DNA of 64,000 bases from a virus: IMG/VR virus record IMGVR_UViG_3300021964_000014, one strand, 5' to 3'. The position numbers and the translations under genes were made by a program. Of the stretch, positions 11,201 to 21,280 are shown piece after piece; within the stretch, counting starts at the first letter, position 1; each line of letters starts with the position of its first letter. The notes beneath the pieces are model-generated. The model did no database searches, was not told the origin of the DNA, and worked only from the letters and a program-made list of their open reading frames with translations.

Positions 11201-12406
11201 TTGAATTCTACCTGTACCGCTTAAGACTATGTCTCCACCGCCTACAGTTAGATCACCTGTGGTAGTTACATCTCCATTATAAGTAATTTCTAATTCACTT
11301 CCATTTTCATGTTTTATTCTAAAAGGACTATCGGTATCATCATCACCCCATTGAATAATAGGTCTATAATTACCTGAAGAGTATTCTTCCATTCCGAAGA
11401 AAACGGCATCTGAATTTGCTTGAAATTGAATACCATACGCACCTGAGGGTAAATAAGCTGGGAATACTCCTGTGCCTGCTGCAAAATCGTCAGTTAATCC
11501 TATCTGTATTCTTGTATCCCAACCAGCACCAGATGCATGGTCGTTAAACATCATATCAATCAAAGGAGTTGTGCCGGTTTTTCCTATAGTAAGATTTCCT
11601 TCTATTGTAGCATTACCCTTAGCCCATAAATTACCAGAATCGGATTCTAGTTTCATTACTTCCACTGCACCATTAGAATACCATCCAAAAGAAGGAACTA
11701 TCCCTGTACTGCTGTATGCTGCATGATTAGGCACATGGAATGTTAACTGTCTTTTAGCATCATCATTACCATTTCCTAATCCGTATGCTCCTGCTGAGGC
11801 TCCTCTTGCTCCTAATCCCCATAAGTACCAATCGTCTGCGGTTGCTGTTATATTACCACTGTATGAATCATCTGCATCACTTCTTAGATACTTATTATCT
11901 GTATATCCGGTATAGTTGCCGGCGTGTAGAACAGTATTTCCACCTATTGTTGTACCTGATGTGGTTACTTTTAATTCATTTGTAGAAGAGTTGTTTCCTG
12001 CTCTAATATAAACATTATCTCCGTTTATATATGTATCGGTACCTGCACTAATAATTAAATACTGTTGAGTTGTAGTAACTATTGCCTCTGTGTTCCATAA
12101 GCCGTAGTATCCGCTATGAACAGCGTGTTCTCCTAATACAGCTTCGCCAATCTTAAATTTTCTTCCGGTACCGGTTAATTCTAAAATATTATCAGAAGAA
12201 TCATCAGCTACAGCTAAAGTTATATTACCTGAAGATCCGTTTAGCCATACTATTCCTTCCCCAGGGTCATTGATAGTAAGTTGATTAACATTTTCAATAT
12301 TGTAGTTGGTACCTGAAATTCCATTAGAATTGGTTAACCCTACTATAGTACCGCTAGTGTTTAATCCTGAACCTAAATTTATTCTATCTTTTAATTGTAT
12401 AGCCAT
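8237..12406 (-). CDS. Fibre/spike protein (1389 aa) with C-terminal peptidase S74 chaperone
   Basis: YLRSDADD, HTHDDRYYTESE and DSNLLDGIDS fibre motifs; AYYSDMRLK...IGLSAQEVQEVLPEAV...VDYAKLIPLLVEGIKEL. Confidence 0.9.
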   Translation of the reverse strand: MAIQLKDRINLGSGLNTSGTIVGLTNSNGISGTNYNIENVNQLTINDPGEGIVWLNGSSGNITLAVADDSSDNILELTGTGRKFKIGEAVLGEHAVHSGYYGLWNTEAIVTTTQQYLIISAGTDTYINGDNVYIRAGNNSSTNELKVTTSGTTIGGNTVLHAGNYTGYTDNKYLRSDADDSYSGNITATADDWYLWGLGARGASAGAYGLGNGNDDAKRQLTFHVPNHAAYSSTGIVPSFGWYSNGAVEVMKLESDSGNLWAKGNATIEGNLTIGKTGTTPLIDMMFNDHASGAGWDTRIQIGLTDDFAAGTGVFPAYLPSGAYGIQFQANSDAVFFGMEEYSSGNYRPIIQWGDDDTDSPFRIKHENGSELEITYNGDVTTTGDLTVGGGDIVLSGTGRIQGVDTVSASTDAANKTYVDNAVAGGNLSVLNIDGKKVLDLPSNSTERGPWNPIVSSIRGSGRRLYPDEEFRDGSNGVGVYNNAGGDGVVITREADSVTLEQSAPNSTGVVLKIVHNGNSTSPGHGGFIHSIPSQDNHTFVQIFQAKLDSGRSLVIAENAQGSNNTSYWLTNTAGTGKWEWYARVSHCGDSGTFSSGGHVYVSGGGSTFTWYLASCTVIDVTEAVQGELSLFGDLILEGDPTTTNQTRAIKFTGFDKETATDFSDNATIYHTTNAEGFAGSVLVIESQNDSNDGIAFKTNASSNLKHNSNTILTSGNYSSTLNSVYAASSHTHDDRYYTESESDDRFCRTDYAAVTNANDWNSSSGTWNSGENGSWGNYKIGDAYAYNDAGNGNYVQYNVPSGMKTAYIGQLRWTSGGYFDVYAVESDGDLVLRGRYTSYQNVENSDHGGGHDGQEIIKISGLDGLTAIRITNRSGRVHLQGVGWTKEKDVNTTGQWGPHWDTVLAKPSTFSPSSHNHSASEINSGTLSNDRLASTVFLNRGSINVTTTAGGNNSDPFDNAHTETQIAENGSRSISYTGASAHLFTSFTGGSASVLQLGAHYNGTDFYARVRTDGSTWRDWRKLWHNGNFNPASYLTTTGKAADSNLLDGIDSSQFIRSDADDTVGGRLDFNASESIRLYGIRGRFTNEYIHLYNKVGIGHPSGWGQGQTDTPDKGLSTYGAINVGYGVANTSIFHGAVVLKGQAQDYDGSDRGAYWDYDGNVALALEPAGDDGATAILFKSIGNAPSDFGYIVFDEDYPEAGVTAGERSVLLLSAQNDGAGSSDHVRVKGRFVVEADTSSSDPSKAFQVKSSNITSDLFHVNRGGGGYLSGTMNVTGDVVAYYSDMRLKTKLGDITGAIGKIKLLNGFYYEPNEKALELGYKKEKRIGLSAQEVQEVLPEAVSKAPISNDPEVNEEYLSVDYAKLIPLLVEGIKELKAEIEELKKQIK

Positions 12407-12408
12407 AA

Positions 12409-15400
12409 TTATATCATTCTTCTAAATTTGAACGTATATGTAGAGTCCCCACTTGTAGTCACGTTAGATGCTATCTGTAACTTTAAATCATCAGTATCTG
12501 CACTAGCAGTACGTAATACTCTTAAATAAATATGCCTATTACTAGGAGCATGTCCTGCTTTGTGTAATACTATCTCATCAGAATTTGAACTATTAGTATT
12601 ACCAGCAAACCAAGACATAGTACCTGAGTATGTTTCATAATAATGTCCTCCCCCGACAGCGTAGTTATGAGCATACATTTGTAAAATATAGGTACCGGTT
12701 GCTAGATCTGTTCCATTTATACCTGTATCCGACCAGCTTGTAGTTACCGTTAATGATTGAGAGAATGTTTTTATCTGATCAATATCAGTACCTGATGTTG
12801 GTGTTATACCTTCATGAGATATATTTCCTTGTACATTTAATGAACCTGTAAAGTTATGTACATCATCTGATGAATTACCAAATGAAGTACTACCGCTTTC
12901 ATGTAAAATTGATGAACTAACATATTCGGTATGGAATTGCTGTGCTGTGATAGTACCTGCTACGGTTAAGTTACCGGCTAATGTTCCGTTACCGCTAGTA
13001 TCAAATTCTGTATTACCCCCATATACTGCAAAGTTACCAGAACCTCCGTTTTGCTGTGGTCTAAATACTGTATTGCCTGGTCCTCCGTTAAAGTATACGT
13101 TATTACCGTTTTCATAGATAGTAAATCTATCAGATCCACCTTCTCTTAAACGTAAGTAGTAATTATCTGTATCTCCGCTAGAATCTATATTTAATACATT
13201 ATACTTTGTATCTTCATACCACTTATCTACATGATAAGCTTCACCTCCTGCGTAGTTATTTGCAAATAAGTGAGCAATTCTAGTTGAAGTTGTATTAAAG
13301 TTTGTTAATGTAAAACGTATACCTGTGGTTGCTGTACCGCCTGTATTAAAAGTAACATAGTAGGAACTATAAGCATAGTTTGTAACACTACCTCTTGAAG
13401 TCCAATTTGTTCCATCTGTTGTAGTTTCTATTGTAATATTTTTAGCTCTCCATGCTCTAGAACTAAACACAATACCTGTACCTGAGCTATGACTAAATGA
13501 AGCGTTGGTGATTGTTATTACTACAGTATCGTTAGTACTTACTGATATGCTTTGATAGTGGTGTGTGCTTTTAAATACGTTAGAGCTTAAGCTTGTTGCA
13601 CTACCGTTTAGTGTTGCAGAAACTGTAAATCTTTCATCAGCACCGGCTAATTCGTTTTGAGTTGATCCTGGGAGTATAAATTGGTTTTCACCGTTTTCTG
13701 CTCCAATTTCTGCAATAAATCCTTCTATTTTTGAAAGACCTTCACCGCTATTACTCAATACACCGGAAAGGTTTCCGTATACTATAGTATTATCATCTTG
13801 AGAATTTCCTAAAGTAGTATCTCCGTATACTGTTAAATTAGTACCTACGGTTAAATTACCGGCAAGTACTGAATTAGATGATGGATCTAAATAGTAATTT
13901 CCATCTCTAAATATAGTTCCTTCTATATCCCCGACAACATGTAATTTACGTGTTGGTGAAGTCGTGCCGATTCCTACGTTTCCTGCTTGCGTTACTACCA
14001 TTCTTTGAACAGTTGATGCAGTATTCCAAACACTAAAACAATTAGCACTGTCAGCGCCAATTCCACCACTACCTATACTATTGCCATCTCTACCGAACGC
14101 TATTTGTATTGAAGCACCGCTAGTCCTAAATTCAGAACCGTAATTGTATATTTTATTTGCGTTAGAAACACCTTGACTAAATTCACCAGTAACATAAGCA
14201 TCTCCTGAAACTTGCAGTTTACTAGCAGGCGAAGTCGTGCCGATTCCTACGTTTCCTCCAGCTTCTACTTTTAAAGCTTGATTTCCTTCAGGTGATATGT
14301 AAATGCTATCAGAATCTGTTTCTATAAAAGCGTTAGATGCATTGTGTCTTAATGAAATATAATCTTGTTCATATCTATCGTAGACTCTAAGACCTGCTGA
14401 TTCGTTTTGACTATTAGGTCTAAACTTAAATACATTTGCAGTAGTATCATTTGAAGGTTCTATTGCGAAATCAACAGAGTTTGGGTCTGATAAGAATAAT
14501 CTTAGGTTTGATGCCGAACTTCCATCTTCAATTCTAAAACCTCCTTTAATATGTAGTTTATCACCTGGACCAGTCGTTCCAATACCTACGTTTCCTGCAG
14601 CAGTAATACGCATTCTTTCGGTGTTGTTTGAGAATATTGATACTTCTCCTTTTCCTGTATCATAGCTAGCTATTGCACCTACCTGTACAACATCGCCATT
14701 TGTTGCACCTAATATTCTATTCCATGAATTACCGGCACTATCTAATACTCTAAGCCATTTATTATTGTACATAAACATCTCACCATCAAATAAATGAGTC
14801 TTCTGAGATTGTATGTATTGGGCAGAATCTAATTTTAAACGATCACCAGTTGTAGTAAATTGTGAATGACCGTTTGTCTTTACTTGGACTGTTAATGAAT
14901 CAGTTGTACTATTACCTGTATCTCTACCATATAAAGTAATGATAGGGTTACCAGATGTCATAGCAGAAGTACCTATACTTAAATCACCGTTATTAGTATC
15001 AAACGTATGTGATACTGCCGTATTAGAGTTTCTAAAAAATATTTTACTGTCATTATTATTAGCGGTAGACCCAGCTGTTTGTAACAGTGTACCAGCTGAG
15101 GCATTCGACCAAAGAGTATTCATCCCAGATGCACCTTGGAACCAACTATCCGCTTGTACTTTAGCACTAAAGTTAGCGTTACCTGAGTTATCCATTGATA
15201 GCACTACACTACCGTTAGCACTGTTATTATGTGTTGCTATTTCAAACGCAGGTGTTCCATCGGTACCTAATCTAGCTCCTCTTAAAGATACACCGTAGTT
15301 ATCTACTGGCGAAGTGCCTAAAAATATAGAGGATTTACCTGATGTGTTGGTAGTAGATCCTGGTTTTAATCTTATAGCAGAGGTAGTACCAATGTTAGTT

Positions 15401-18400
15401 GTAATTTGGTTTTGAGTTGTTGTTATTTGCCCTGCAAAAGTTGATGCACCTGCTGTTGTAATTCTTAATAACTCTGTACCACTTGCACCTGTAGAAACTG
15501 TAAAATTACCTCCGCCGCCATCATTTAGATTTGTTGCTAACGCAATACCAGAAACAGAACCTAAAGTTGTAACATTACCATCAGGGTTGTGGGTTGTAGA
15601 ATCATCATCGAAATCTAAAAAGTTAGATGCTGGATTATTAGATGATTTTAATAATTTAGCTACATTTAATGTTATATCTTCACTAAATGTTATTGCACCG
15701 GCTGCTGTATCTGCTGTATCACTTCTTAAGAATTGAGAAGAATCTAAACTATCTAATGTACCTGCATTGTCAGCATATTCTGAATGAGAGGCCGAAGTGG
15801 CTGTTGCTGCATTTCCTGTTATATCACTATCGGTATATGCTAATTGTTTAGCTGTACCCCAATTAGTAGCTGCTTGATCTGCTTGATAATGATATATTTT
15901 CTTCTCACTCTTATCAAAAGCAAGTATGTTTGCATCACCACCAGTGCTATCATTGTAAGAGTTTAAATACAGAACATCTTGATAGTTAGTACCAGTGCCG
16001 CTACCAGCTTCTAATCCTTCTTTTGATGAAAAGAATATTCTTAAATCATTAGTATACCCATAATCCTCAGGAGCCATGTCTCTATCATCGGTAGCATTTA
16101 AATTATTTGCTTGAGCTGCAGTTCCTGTTGTATTTTGATTCCAAGTAGGAACTGTACCTGTTAGTCCTGAATAAGGAACAGATGAAGCTGATGTAGCTGA
16201 ACCTGCACTAGTTGCTGATGTAGCAGAGGTTGCATTATCAGCATATTCTGCATGAGAAGCAGATGTTGCTGACCCAATTGTACCTGTTAAGTTACTACCG
16301 TCCCCGTAGTATGCTGAACCAGAAACTGTACCTACTACGTGTAGAGGGTGTAAAGGAGAGGTTGTTCCAATTCCAACCCTGCCTGCGTTAATGGTTAAAG
16401 TAGTGCCGTTTTCGTCCCCTAATTGTAGGTCTGAATCGGTTGATGCTCCCCCTCTTTGAGATGCTCTGATAAATGGTCCGGCGTCTCTATTTGAGTTAGC
16501 TTTAAATTGAATACGTGCTGCTCCGGTTGAAGTACCGTTTTCTATTAGTAATTGATCTGAGTCTCCTCCTAATACATGTAATTTTTTCGAAGGACTAGTT
16601 GTTCCAATACCTACGTTACCGTCTTTGATACGCATACTTTCACCGCCAGATTCTTCAAATACTATATCCCCACCGGATGGACCTACGTTTAGTTTTAGAT
16701 GTTTAGCATCTGTTTGTCCTACGAAAGCATAATCTGAACCTGCAAGATCTCCATTTGATGCATCCATATAAATCCCTGCATCTCCAGATCCTGTGTTTGC
16801 TATTGAGATAGCTGTATAGCTTGAATTACCGTTAATAAGTTTAAGAGGGATTGCAGAAGTATTGGACATTGTAAGTACCCCAGTTGTTGTATCCGCTGCA
16901 TCGCTTCTTATGAAAGAACCTGGGTTTATACCTCCTAATGTACCTGCATTATCAGCATATTCTGCATGAGAAGCAGAAGTTGCTAATCCTATTCTTCCTG
17001 TTAAGTTACTTGCATCTCCGTAGTAAGTTGAACCTGATACTTGCCCAGTAACAGCAATACCTGTACTTGTTGTTTCAAACTTTTTAGAGTTATCGTAGTA
17101 TAGTTTTACTGCACCATTTTCAATAAAATTAGCTAATGTTTCATTTCCAGCACCATTAAGAAAATCATACTGGGTTGAGGACATAAATCTCAATCGACCA
17201 GTTGTGTTTTTAATAATACTGTTAGTACCGTCGTGATATAATTGTAAATCAAATGAATTACCTAATGATATATTTGTGCTATCTGGTATTAATATATTTT
17301 TTGTGAATCTATTTAATTGTTCAGAACCATCTATGTAATAGTAAGTATCTAAGCCACCGCTTCCATTATCTGATCTAAATATAATATCTTGATCATCAGC
17401 ATTATTATCAATATATAAATGACCCTCATAAGTAGCTATGTGAGAATAGGTTGCTTTATGTCCAATCTGGAACATATCACCGTTGCCCATCAATAATAGC
17501 TTATTATCTACAAGTCTTAAATGATCTCTAAATAAACCTGTACCGTTAACATCTAATGTATAAGATGGTGTGATCGTGTTAATACCTACTTCACCGGAAG
17601 CAGAAATAAACATTCTTGAACTAGTTAAAGTCTTAAATGTTATACCTCCTACTCCTGTATTTTGAATAGTCTGTGATGCTCCGGTTGAAGCTAACCAGTG
17701 GTTATAAAGTAAATAATTACTACTATTATCTTTCCAAAGGTAAATTTTACCGCTATTCTTTAATCTTACATCTCCATCAATTCCAACACTACCGGTAAAG
17801 TCGTGATTATCATCTGAGGTATCGCCAAACTTAGTTGAACCGCTATCGAATAGTATAGAAGCAGATACATATTCAGTATTAAACTGCTGTGCAGTTAACG
17901 TACCTGTCACTGTCAAGTTACCGGTTAATGTATCTGTTGTATTAAGTAAATACGACGAGGTAGCCGCATTAAGAGACGTTATATTACTAGCATTTGTACT
18001 AATATTACCTGCGTTAGTTTTAGAGGTACTTGCTAATGAAGCTGATGTTGACGTAAAGGAACCGGATATCTTTGCCGCTGTTAATCCTTTTATTAAAGAT
18101 AAACTAGTTACTTCAGAATCCATTAATGCTCCAAACGAAGTGATTTGATCTGATCCTGATACTATATTAGCAGGTATATTATCTAATTCGTTATAATTTG
18201 TGGTTAAACCTTCAAATCTTGTTGCAACCGAAGCTGAGTATGATGTGATAGAGCCTGATATGTCTGATGCTATTTGAGCTGATTGAGATATTAAAGTTTT
18301 ACCTTCTAATGTATCTAATCTACCATCATTAGTTTTTATATCAGCCGCAAGTGAACTACTTAATGTTGTATCGGCACTTGTTGCGAAAGTTTTAACAGAA

Positions 18401-19182
18401 GCAGAAACTGCATTAAGTTCTGCATCAGTTGCATATTCGGTGTCTAAGCTACTTATCCTACTTGCTAACGAAGAGGACATTGCTTGTAGATCAATCCCGT
18501 CTACTGTTCCTGATACTGATATAGAACCTGTTACTCCTAAACTATCACCAAATTGAATAACAGTACCTGCACTATCTATAATCTTTTTACCCGAAAGTAT
18601 TTCTACAGTACCTTTTAATTCAATATTACCTGTATCTGTTTGTAAGGTAATATCATCTGCGCCTGTTTCTAATAATTTTAAACTTTGACCGGTATCTGTT
18701 GAGACAGTTAGGACATTAGAATCAGATGATAAAACTTGAGTACCGTCTATATATAAAGATGCAGAAGATAAATATAAATCTCTCCATTGTGCTGTAGGTG
18801 ATCCTAAGTCGTATTGGTTGTGTCCATGAGGCATCATGTGACCGACCATTTGAGTATCTGCATTACCGTCTTTATCGGTCATACTCAACTTACCATCATC
18901 TACCTTAATTCTTTTTTGATTATTTCCTGAACCTATAAGGATCTCTTCTACTATAACTTTTTTTCTATTATTTGATCCATCTTTAAATTCTATGTTACCA
19001 CTAGAATCTTTGGTCATTTTTGTACCACCAAGATCAATAGTAGAACCGGCTAAGTAGATATCATTCCATCTATTAGTTGATGAACCAAGATCAAATACTT
19101 CAGTTGTAGTAGGAATTATACTACCTGATACTTGACTTTGTATCTCTATACTACCGGTTAATTTAGGATCAAATATCTTCAT
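12409..19182 (-). CDS. Very long modular fibre protein (2257 aa)
   Basis: YDLGSxxxxWxDLYL, about 6 VGIGTTSP repeats, TAQQFxTEYVSxSIL..SGSTxFG modules, ATSASHAEYADNA repeats; no S74 domain. Confidence 0.88.
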   Translation of the reverse strand: MKIFDPKLTGSIEIQSQVSGSIIPTTTEVFDLGSSTNRWNDIYLAGSTIDLGGTKMTKDSSGNIEFKDGSNNRKKVIVEEILIGSGNNQKRIKVDDGKLSMTDKDGNADTQMVGHMMPHGHNQYDLGSPTAQWRDLYLSSASLYIDGTQVLSSDSNVLTVSTDTGQSLKLLETGADDITLQTDTGNIELKGTVEILSGKKIIDSAGTVIQFGDSLGVTGSISVSGTVDGIDLQAMSSSLASRISSLDTEYATDAELNAVSASVKTFATSADTTLSSSLAADIKTNDGRLDTLEGKTLISQSAQIASDISGSITSYSASVATRFEGLTTNYNELDNIPANIVSGSDQITSFGALMDSEVTSLSLIKGLTAAKISGSFTSTSASLASTSKTNAGNISTNASNITSLNAATSSYLLNTTDTLTGNLTVTGTLTAQQFNTEYVSASILFDSGSTKFGDTSDDNHDFTGSVGIDGDVRLKNSGKIYLWKDNSSNYLLYNHWLASTGASQTIQNTGVGGITFKTLTSSRMFISASGEVGINTITPSYTLDVNGTGLFRDHLRLVDNKLLLMGNGDMFQIGHKATYSHIATYEGHLYIDNNADDQDIIFRSDNGSGGLDTYYYIDGSEQLNRFTKNILIPDSTNISLGNSFDLQLYHDGTNSIIKNTTGRLRFMSSTQYDFLNGAGNETLANFIENGAVKLYYDNSKKFETTSTGIAVTGQVSGSTYYGDASNLTGRIGLATSASHAEYADNAGTLGGINPGSFIRSDAADTTTGVLTMSNTSAIPLKLINGNSSYTAISIANTGSGDAGIYMDASNGDLAGSDYAFVGQTDAKHLKLNVGPSGGDIVFEESGGESMRIKDGNVGIGTTSPSKKLHVLGGDSDQLLIENGTSTGAARIQFKANSNRDAGPFIRASQRGGASTDSDLQLGDENGTTLTINAGRVGIGTTSPLHPLHVVGTVSGSAYYGDGSNLTGTIGSATSASHAEYADNATSATSATSAGSATSASSVPYSGLTGTVPTWNQNTTGTAAQANNLNATDDRDMAPEDYGYTNDLRIFFSSKEGLEAGSGTGTNYQDVLYLNSYNDSTGGDANILAFDKSEKKIYHYQADQAATNWGTAKQLAYTDSDITGNAATATSASHSEYADNAGTLDSLDSSQFLRSDTADTAAGAITFSEDITLNVAKLLKSSNNPASNFLDFDDDSTTHNPDGNVTTLGSVSGIALATNLNDGGGGNFTVSTGASGTELLRITTAGASTFAGQITTTQNQITTNIGTTSAIRLKPGSTTNTSGKSSIFLGTSPVDNYGVSLRGARLGTDGTPAFEIATHNNSANGSVVLSMDNSGNANFSAKVQADSWFQGASGMNTLWSNASAGTLLQTAGSTANNNDSKIFFRNSNTAVSHTFDTNNGDLSIGTSAMTSGNPIITLYGRDTGNSTTDSLTVQVKTNGHSQFTTTGDRLKLDSAQYIQSQKTHLFDGEMFMYNNKWLRVLDSAGNSWNRILGATNGDVVQVGAIASYDTGKGEVSIFSNNTERMRITAAGNVGIGTTGPGDKLHIKGGFRIEDGSSASNLRLFLSDPNSVDFAIEPSNDTTANVFKFRPNSQNESAGLRVYDRYEQDYISLRHNASNAFIETDSDSIYISPEGNQALKVEAGGNVGIGTTSPASKLQVSGDAYVTGEFSQGVSNANKIYNYGSEFRTSGASIQIAFGRDGNSIGSGGIGADSANCFSVWNTASTVQRMVVTQAGNVGIGTTSPTRKLHVVGDIEGTIFRDGNYYLDPSSNSVLAGNLTVGTNLTVYGDTTLGNSQDDNTIVYGNLSGVLSNSGEGLSKIEGFIAEIGAENGENQFILPGSTQNELAGADERFTVSATLNGSATSLSSNVFKSTHHYQSISVSTNDTVVITITNASFSHSSGTGIVFSSRAWRAKNITIETTTDGTNWTSRGSVTNYAYSSYYVTFNTGGTATTGIRFTLTNFNTTSTRIAHLFANNYAGGEAYHVDKWYEDTKYNVLNIDSSGDTDNYYLRLREGGSDRFTIYENGNNVYFNGGPGNTVFRPQQNGGSGNFAVYGGNTEFDTSGNGTLAGNLTVAGTITAQQFHTEYVSSSILHESGSTSFGNSSDDVHNFTGSLNVQGNISHEGITPTSGTDIDQIKTFSQSLTVTTSWSDTGINGTDLATGTYILQMYAHNYAVGGGHYYETYSGTMSWFAGNTNSSNSDEIVLHKAGHAPSNRHIYLRVLRTASADTDDLKLQIASNVTTSGDSTYTFKFRRMI

Positions 19183-19183
19183 T

Positions 19184-19951
19184 TTATAGTGCTCTTACTA
19201 ATGTTTTAATAGACCAATCATCACTTGTAACTGTTGCTCGTAACCTCATATCTGCTCCAGATGTATCAACGCTAAAAGTAACTCCACTTGTGTCTCCAAT
19301 ATCACTTGTTGAATTGTCTGTAAACTTTACAGACCCTCCATTATAAATAGCTATTACTGTACCTGCTCTAGCATTAGATCCACTTATGCAAGTGTAGTCG
19401 AAAAATGCTCCTGAGTATGATCCTGTATTTACTGTTGCTACTGTTTCTATAGCAGCAGAATCAACATCTATATTTTCTTGATAATCAAGTAAAGCGCTTT
19501 CTATTTTAAATTCTTCTGCATAAGAAGCTGTAAAAGCAATACCACCAACATTAACTGCTGCTGTACCTGCTGTGGCTGTATCAAAGTAGATTTTAATGTT
19601 ATTGTCATCAACCATTTCAACCCTTCCGGGTATGATCTGATTATCGTTAGTATCAAATACTTGAACTACGGGAAATTGATCTCCAATATTATGAGCTAAA
19701 GACCAAGTTGTAGCTGCTACTGTTTGAGAAAGTTTAATGGAACTACCATAACCACCTGGTGAAATACCTGTTAGATTAGAACCGTCTCCGTAATAAGTAG
19801 ACGCTGAAACTGGGCCTTCTACTGATAGTAGATGCGAAGGAGAAGATGTACCTATACCTACAGTCCCCCCAAAGGAGCCTGTGCCTTGTACAGTAAGCGA
19901 ATTTAAGTTAGCATCAGATCCGCTAACTATTAGTTTTTTCCAGTTCGGCAT
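19184..19951 (-). CDS. Virion structural/fibre adaptor protein (255 aa)
   Basis: MPNWKKLIVSGSDA N-terminus shared with the 332 aa protein; VGIGTSSP; TWSLAHNIGDQFPVVQVFD small beta domain. Confidence 0.75.
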   Translation of the reverse strand: MPNWKKLIVSGSDANLNSLTVQGTGSFGGTVGIGTSSPSHLLSVEGPVSASTYYGDGSNLTGISPGGYGSSIKLSQTVAATTWSLAHNIGDQFPVVQVFDTNDNQIIPGRVEMVDDNNIKIYFDTATAGTAAVNVGGIAFTASYAEEFKIESALLDYQENIDVDSAAIETVATVNTGSYSGAFFDYTCISGSNARAGTVIAIYNGGSVKFTDNSTSDIGDTSGVTFSVDTSGADMRLRATVTSDDWSIKTLVRAL

Positions 19952-19959
19952 GTCTTTCT

Positions 19960-20012
19960 TATCACGGTTGGTTACAGGATTGCCTGCCCACTTCCCTTAC
20001 GGGCCAATAATA
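19960..20012 (-). ncRNA. Candidate structured cis-regulatory RNA (three-way junction) in the 5' UTR of the 255 aa gene
   Basis: GC-rich island in an AT-rich genome: UAUUAUUGG-CCC[GUAA]GGG-AAGUGG-GCAGG[CAAU]CCUGU-AA-CCA-ACC-GUGAUA; includes a GNRA tetraloop. Confidence 0.55.
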
Positions 20013-20016
20013 TACG

Positions 20017-20025
20017 TATAAATAG
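20017..20025 (-). promoter_or_regulatory. Putative late promoter CTATTTATA
   Basis: Recurrent motif, directly downstream of a terminator-like hairpin. Confidence 0.65.
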
Positions 20026-20026
20026 C

Positions 20027-20050
20027 AAAGGAGCCCATAAGGCTCCCTTT
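20027..20050 (-). terminator. Intrinsic terminator-like hairpin
   Basis: AAAGGGAGCC-UUAUG-GGCUCC-UUUG right at the stop of the 59 aa ORF; U-tract is short. Confidence 0.6.
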
Positions 20051-20228
20051 ACTTATTCTCTAAATCTTTAAACGAACCTGCTAACTTTACCCATACCTTG
20101 TAAAACATTTCAAATTCATGCCCAGTATAGTTAGCATTTCGCAATTTAAGTAAAACAAACTCTAGTTCATCTTTACTTAAGCTATTATTTGGTTGTGTTC
20201 TCTTTCGAGAATTTGTTAGAATACCCAT
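20049..20228 (-). CDS. Small hypothetical protein (59 aa); not in ORF track
   Basis: MGILTNSRKRTQPNNSLSKDELEFVLLKLRNANYTGHEFEMFYKVWVKLAGSFKDLENK*; fills the gap between two genes. Confidence 0.75.
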   Translation of the reverse strand: MGILTNSRKRTQPNNSLSKDELEFVLLKLRNANYTGHEFEMFYKVWVKLAGSFKDLENK

Positions 20229-20247
20229 ATAACTAATTTATGAAATA

Positions 20248-21246
20248 TTAAGCGTAAATCCAAATCTCTCCTGAGGTATCTACTTTTATATTACCGTTTT
20301 TCTGGTATTTTGCTTTATCTGTAGATTCAACGATGTTCTCGTCAACTACTACCGGTACGAAAGCGTCAGGAGCAAAAGATGTTGCATTAGATGCTAAAGA
20401 ACCTGTAGTGGCAAATCTACTAGTTGCTGTATCCCATGCAAATACCTCTCCTGCTTTACCGCCTTGGTCTATAATAATACCACCTTCGGCTGCTCCAGCT
20501 GAACCAGATGCTAATAAGATAAATGCATCTTCTACGTTCAGGTTAGTAACTTGTTGCTCAATTGTATCCCCGGTTACTGTTAAGTTTCCTTGGATAGTAA
20601 TGTTATTGGCAAACGTTCTATCACCAGTAATTGTATCAGCAAGTCCGTAAGTTACAGTACCTCCAGTACCTAACGTAATAGATGAACCAGCATCGACTGT
20701 TAATTCACCTGAAGTTGCTGTGTATGTAATTGAAGTGTCACCTTCTACTGCTGTACCTGCTGTTGAACCGTAATCTACTGATAGAGCTGTACCGGCACCG
20801 CCTGATAAACCTGTACCTGCAACAGAAGTATTTAATTGAGTTTCTGTAATTCCTCCATCAGTAACTGCAACTGTAATAGTTTGTGCTGTTGCGGCTGTAC
20901 TAATTGAATTACCGGATAGTATACTAAAGTCTTGAGTTAATAGATCTACAGTTGTTGTTGATCCTCCCGATCCTGTAATATCTAAACTTGTTACTAACCC
21001 TGTTAATTGTGAACCATCGCCTTGGAAAGAACCGCTAAATGAACCGGAAAGAATTGAAGTAGCTCCGGTTGATGTAATTACTGATGATCCAAGTCCGAGA
21101 GTAGAGCCGTTAAATGTAATACCACTACTTTCGATGGCGCCTCCAACTCCGGCTACAAGTATGTTGTCATTAGTTAGTATTGAGGAGGTAATCGATGCTA
21201 AATGCGCATCAGATCCACTAACTATTATCTTTTTCCAGTTTGCCAT
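20248..21246 (-). CDS. Virion structural/short fibre protein (332 aa)
   Basis: MANWKKIIVSGSDA; SGSFSGSFQGDGSQLTG; G/T/S-rich beta-strand composition. Confidence 0.75.
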   Translation of the reverse strand: MANWKKIIVSGSDAHLASITSSILTNDNILVAGVGGAIESSGITFNGSTLGLGSSVITSTGATSILSGSFSGSFQGDGSQLTGLVTSLDITGSGGSTTTVDLLTQDFSILSGNSISTAATAQTITVAVTDGGITETQLNTSVAGTGLSGGAGTALSVDYGSTAGTAVEGDTSITYTATSGELTVDAGSSITLGTGGTVTYGLADTITGDRTFANNITIQGNLTVTGDTIEQQVTNLNVEDAFILLASGSAGAAEGGIIIDQGGKAGEVFAWDTATSRFATTGSLASNATSFAPDAFVPVVVDENIVESTDKAKYQKNGNIKVDTSGEIWIYA

Positions 21247-21269
21247 GTTATTTAATGAGTTTTATATAT

Positions 21270-21278
21270 TATAAATAT
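21270..21278 (-). promoter_or_regulatory. Putative late promoter ATATTTATA
   Basis: Recurrent motif about 24 nt upstream of ATG 21246. Confidence 0.6.
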
Positions 21279-21280
21279 CG

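Noticed and set aside
1-19182. Diversity-generating retroelement acting on fibre genes
   Set aside because: No reverse transcriptase in the window and no template/variable repeat pair differing only at adenines was seen; one elsewhere in the genome cannot be excluded
19960-20012. Hammerhead ribozyme, tRNA or known riboswitch
   Set aside because: Lacks the CUGAnGA/GAAA core and a cloverleaf; no match I can recognise by eye, so left as an unassigned structured RNA
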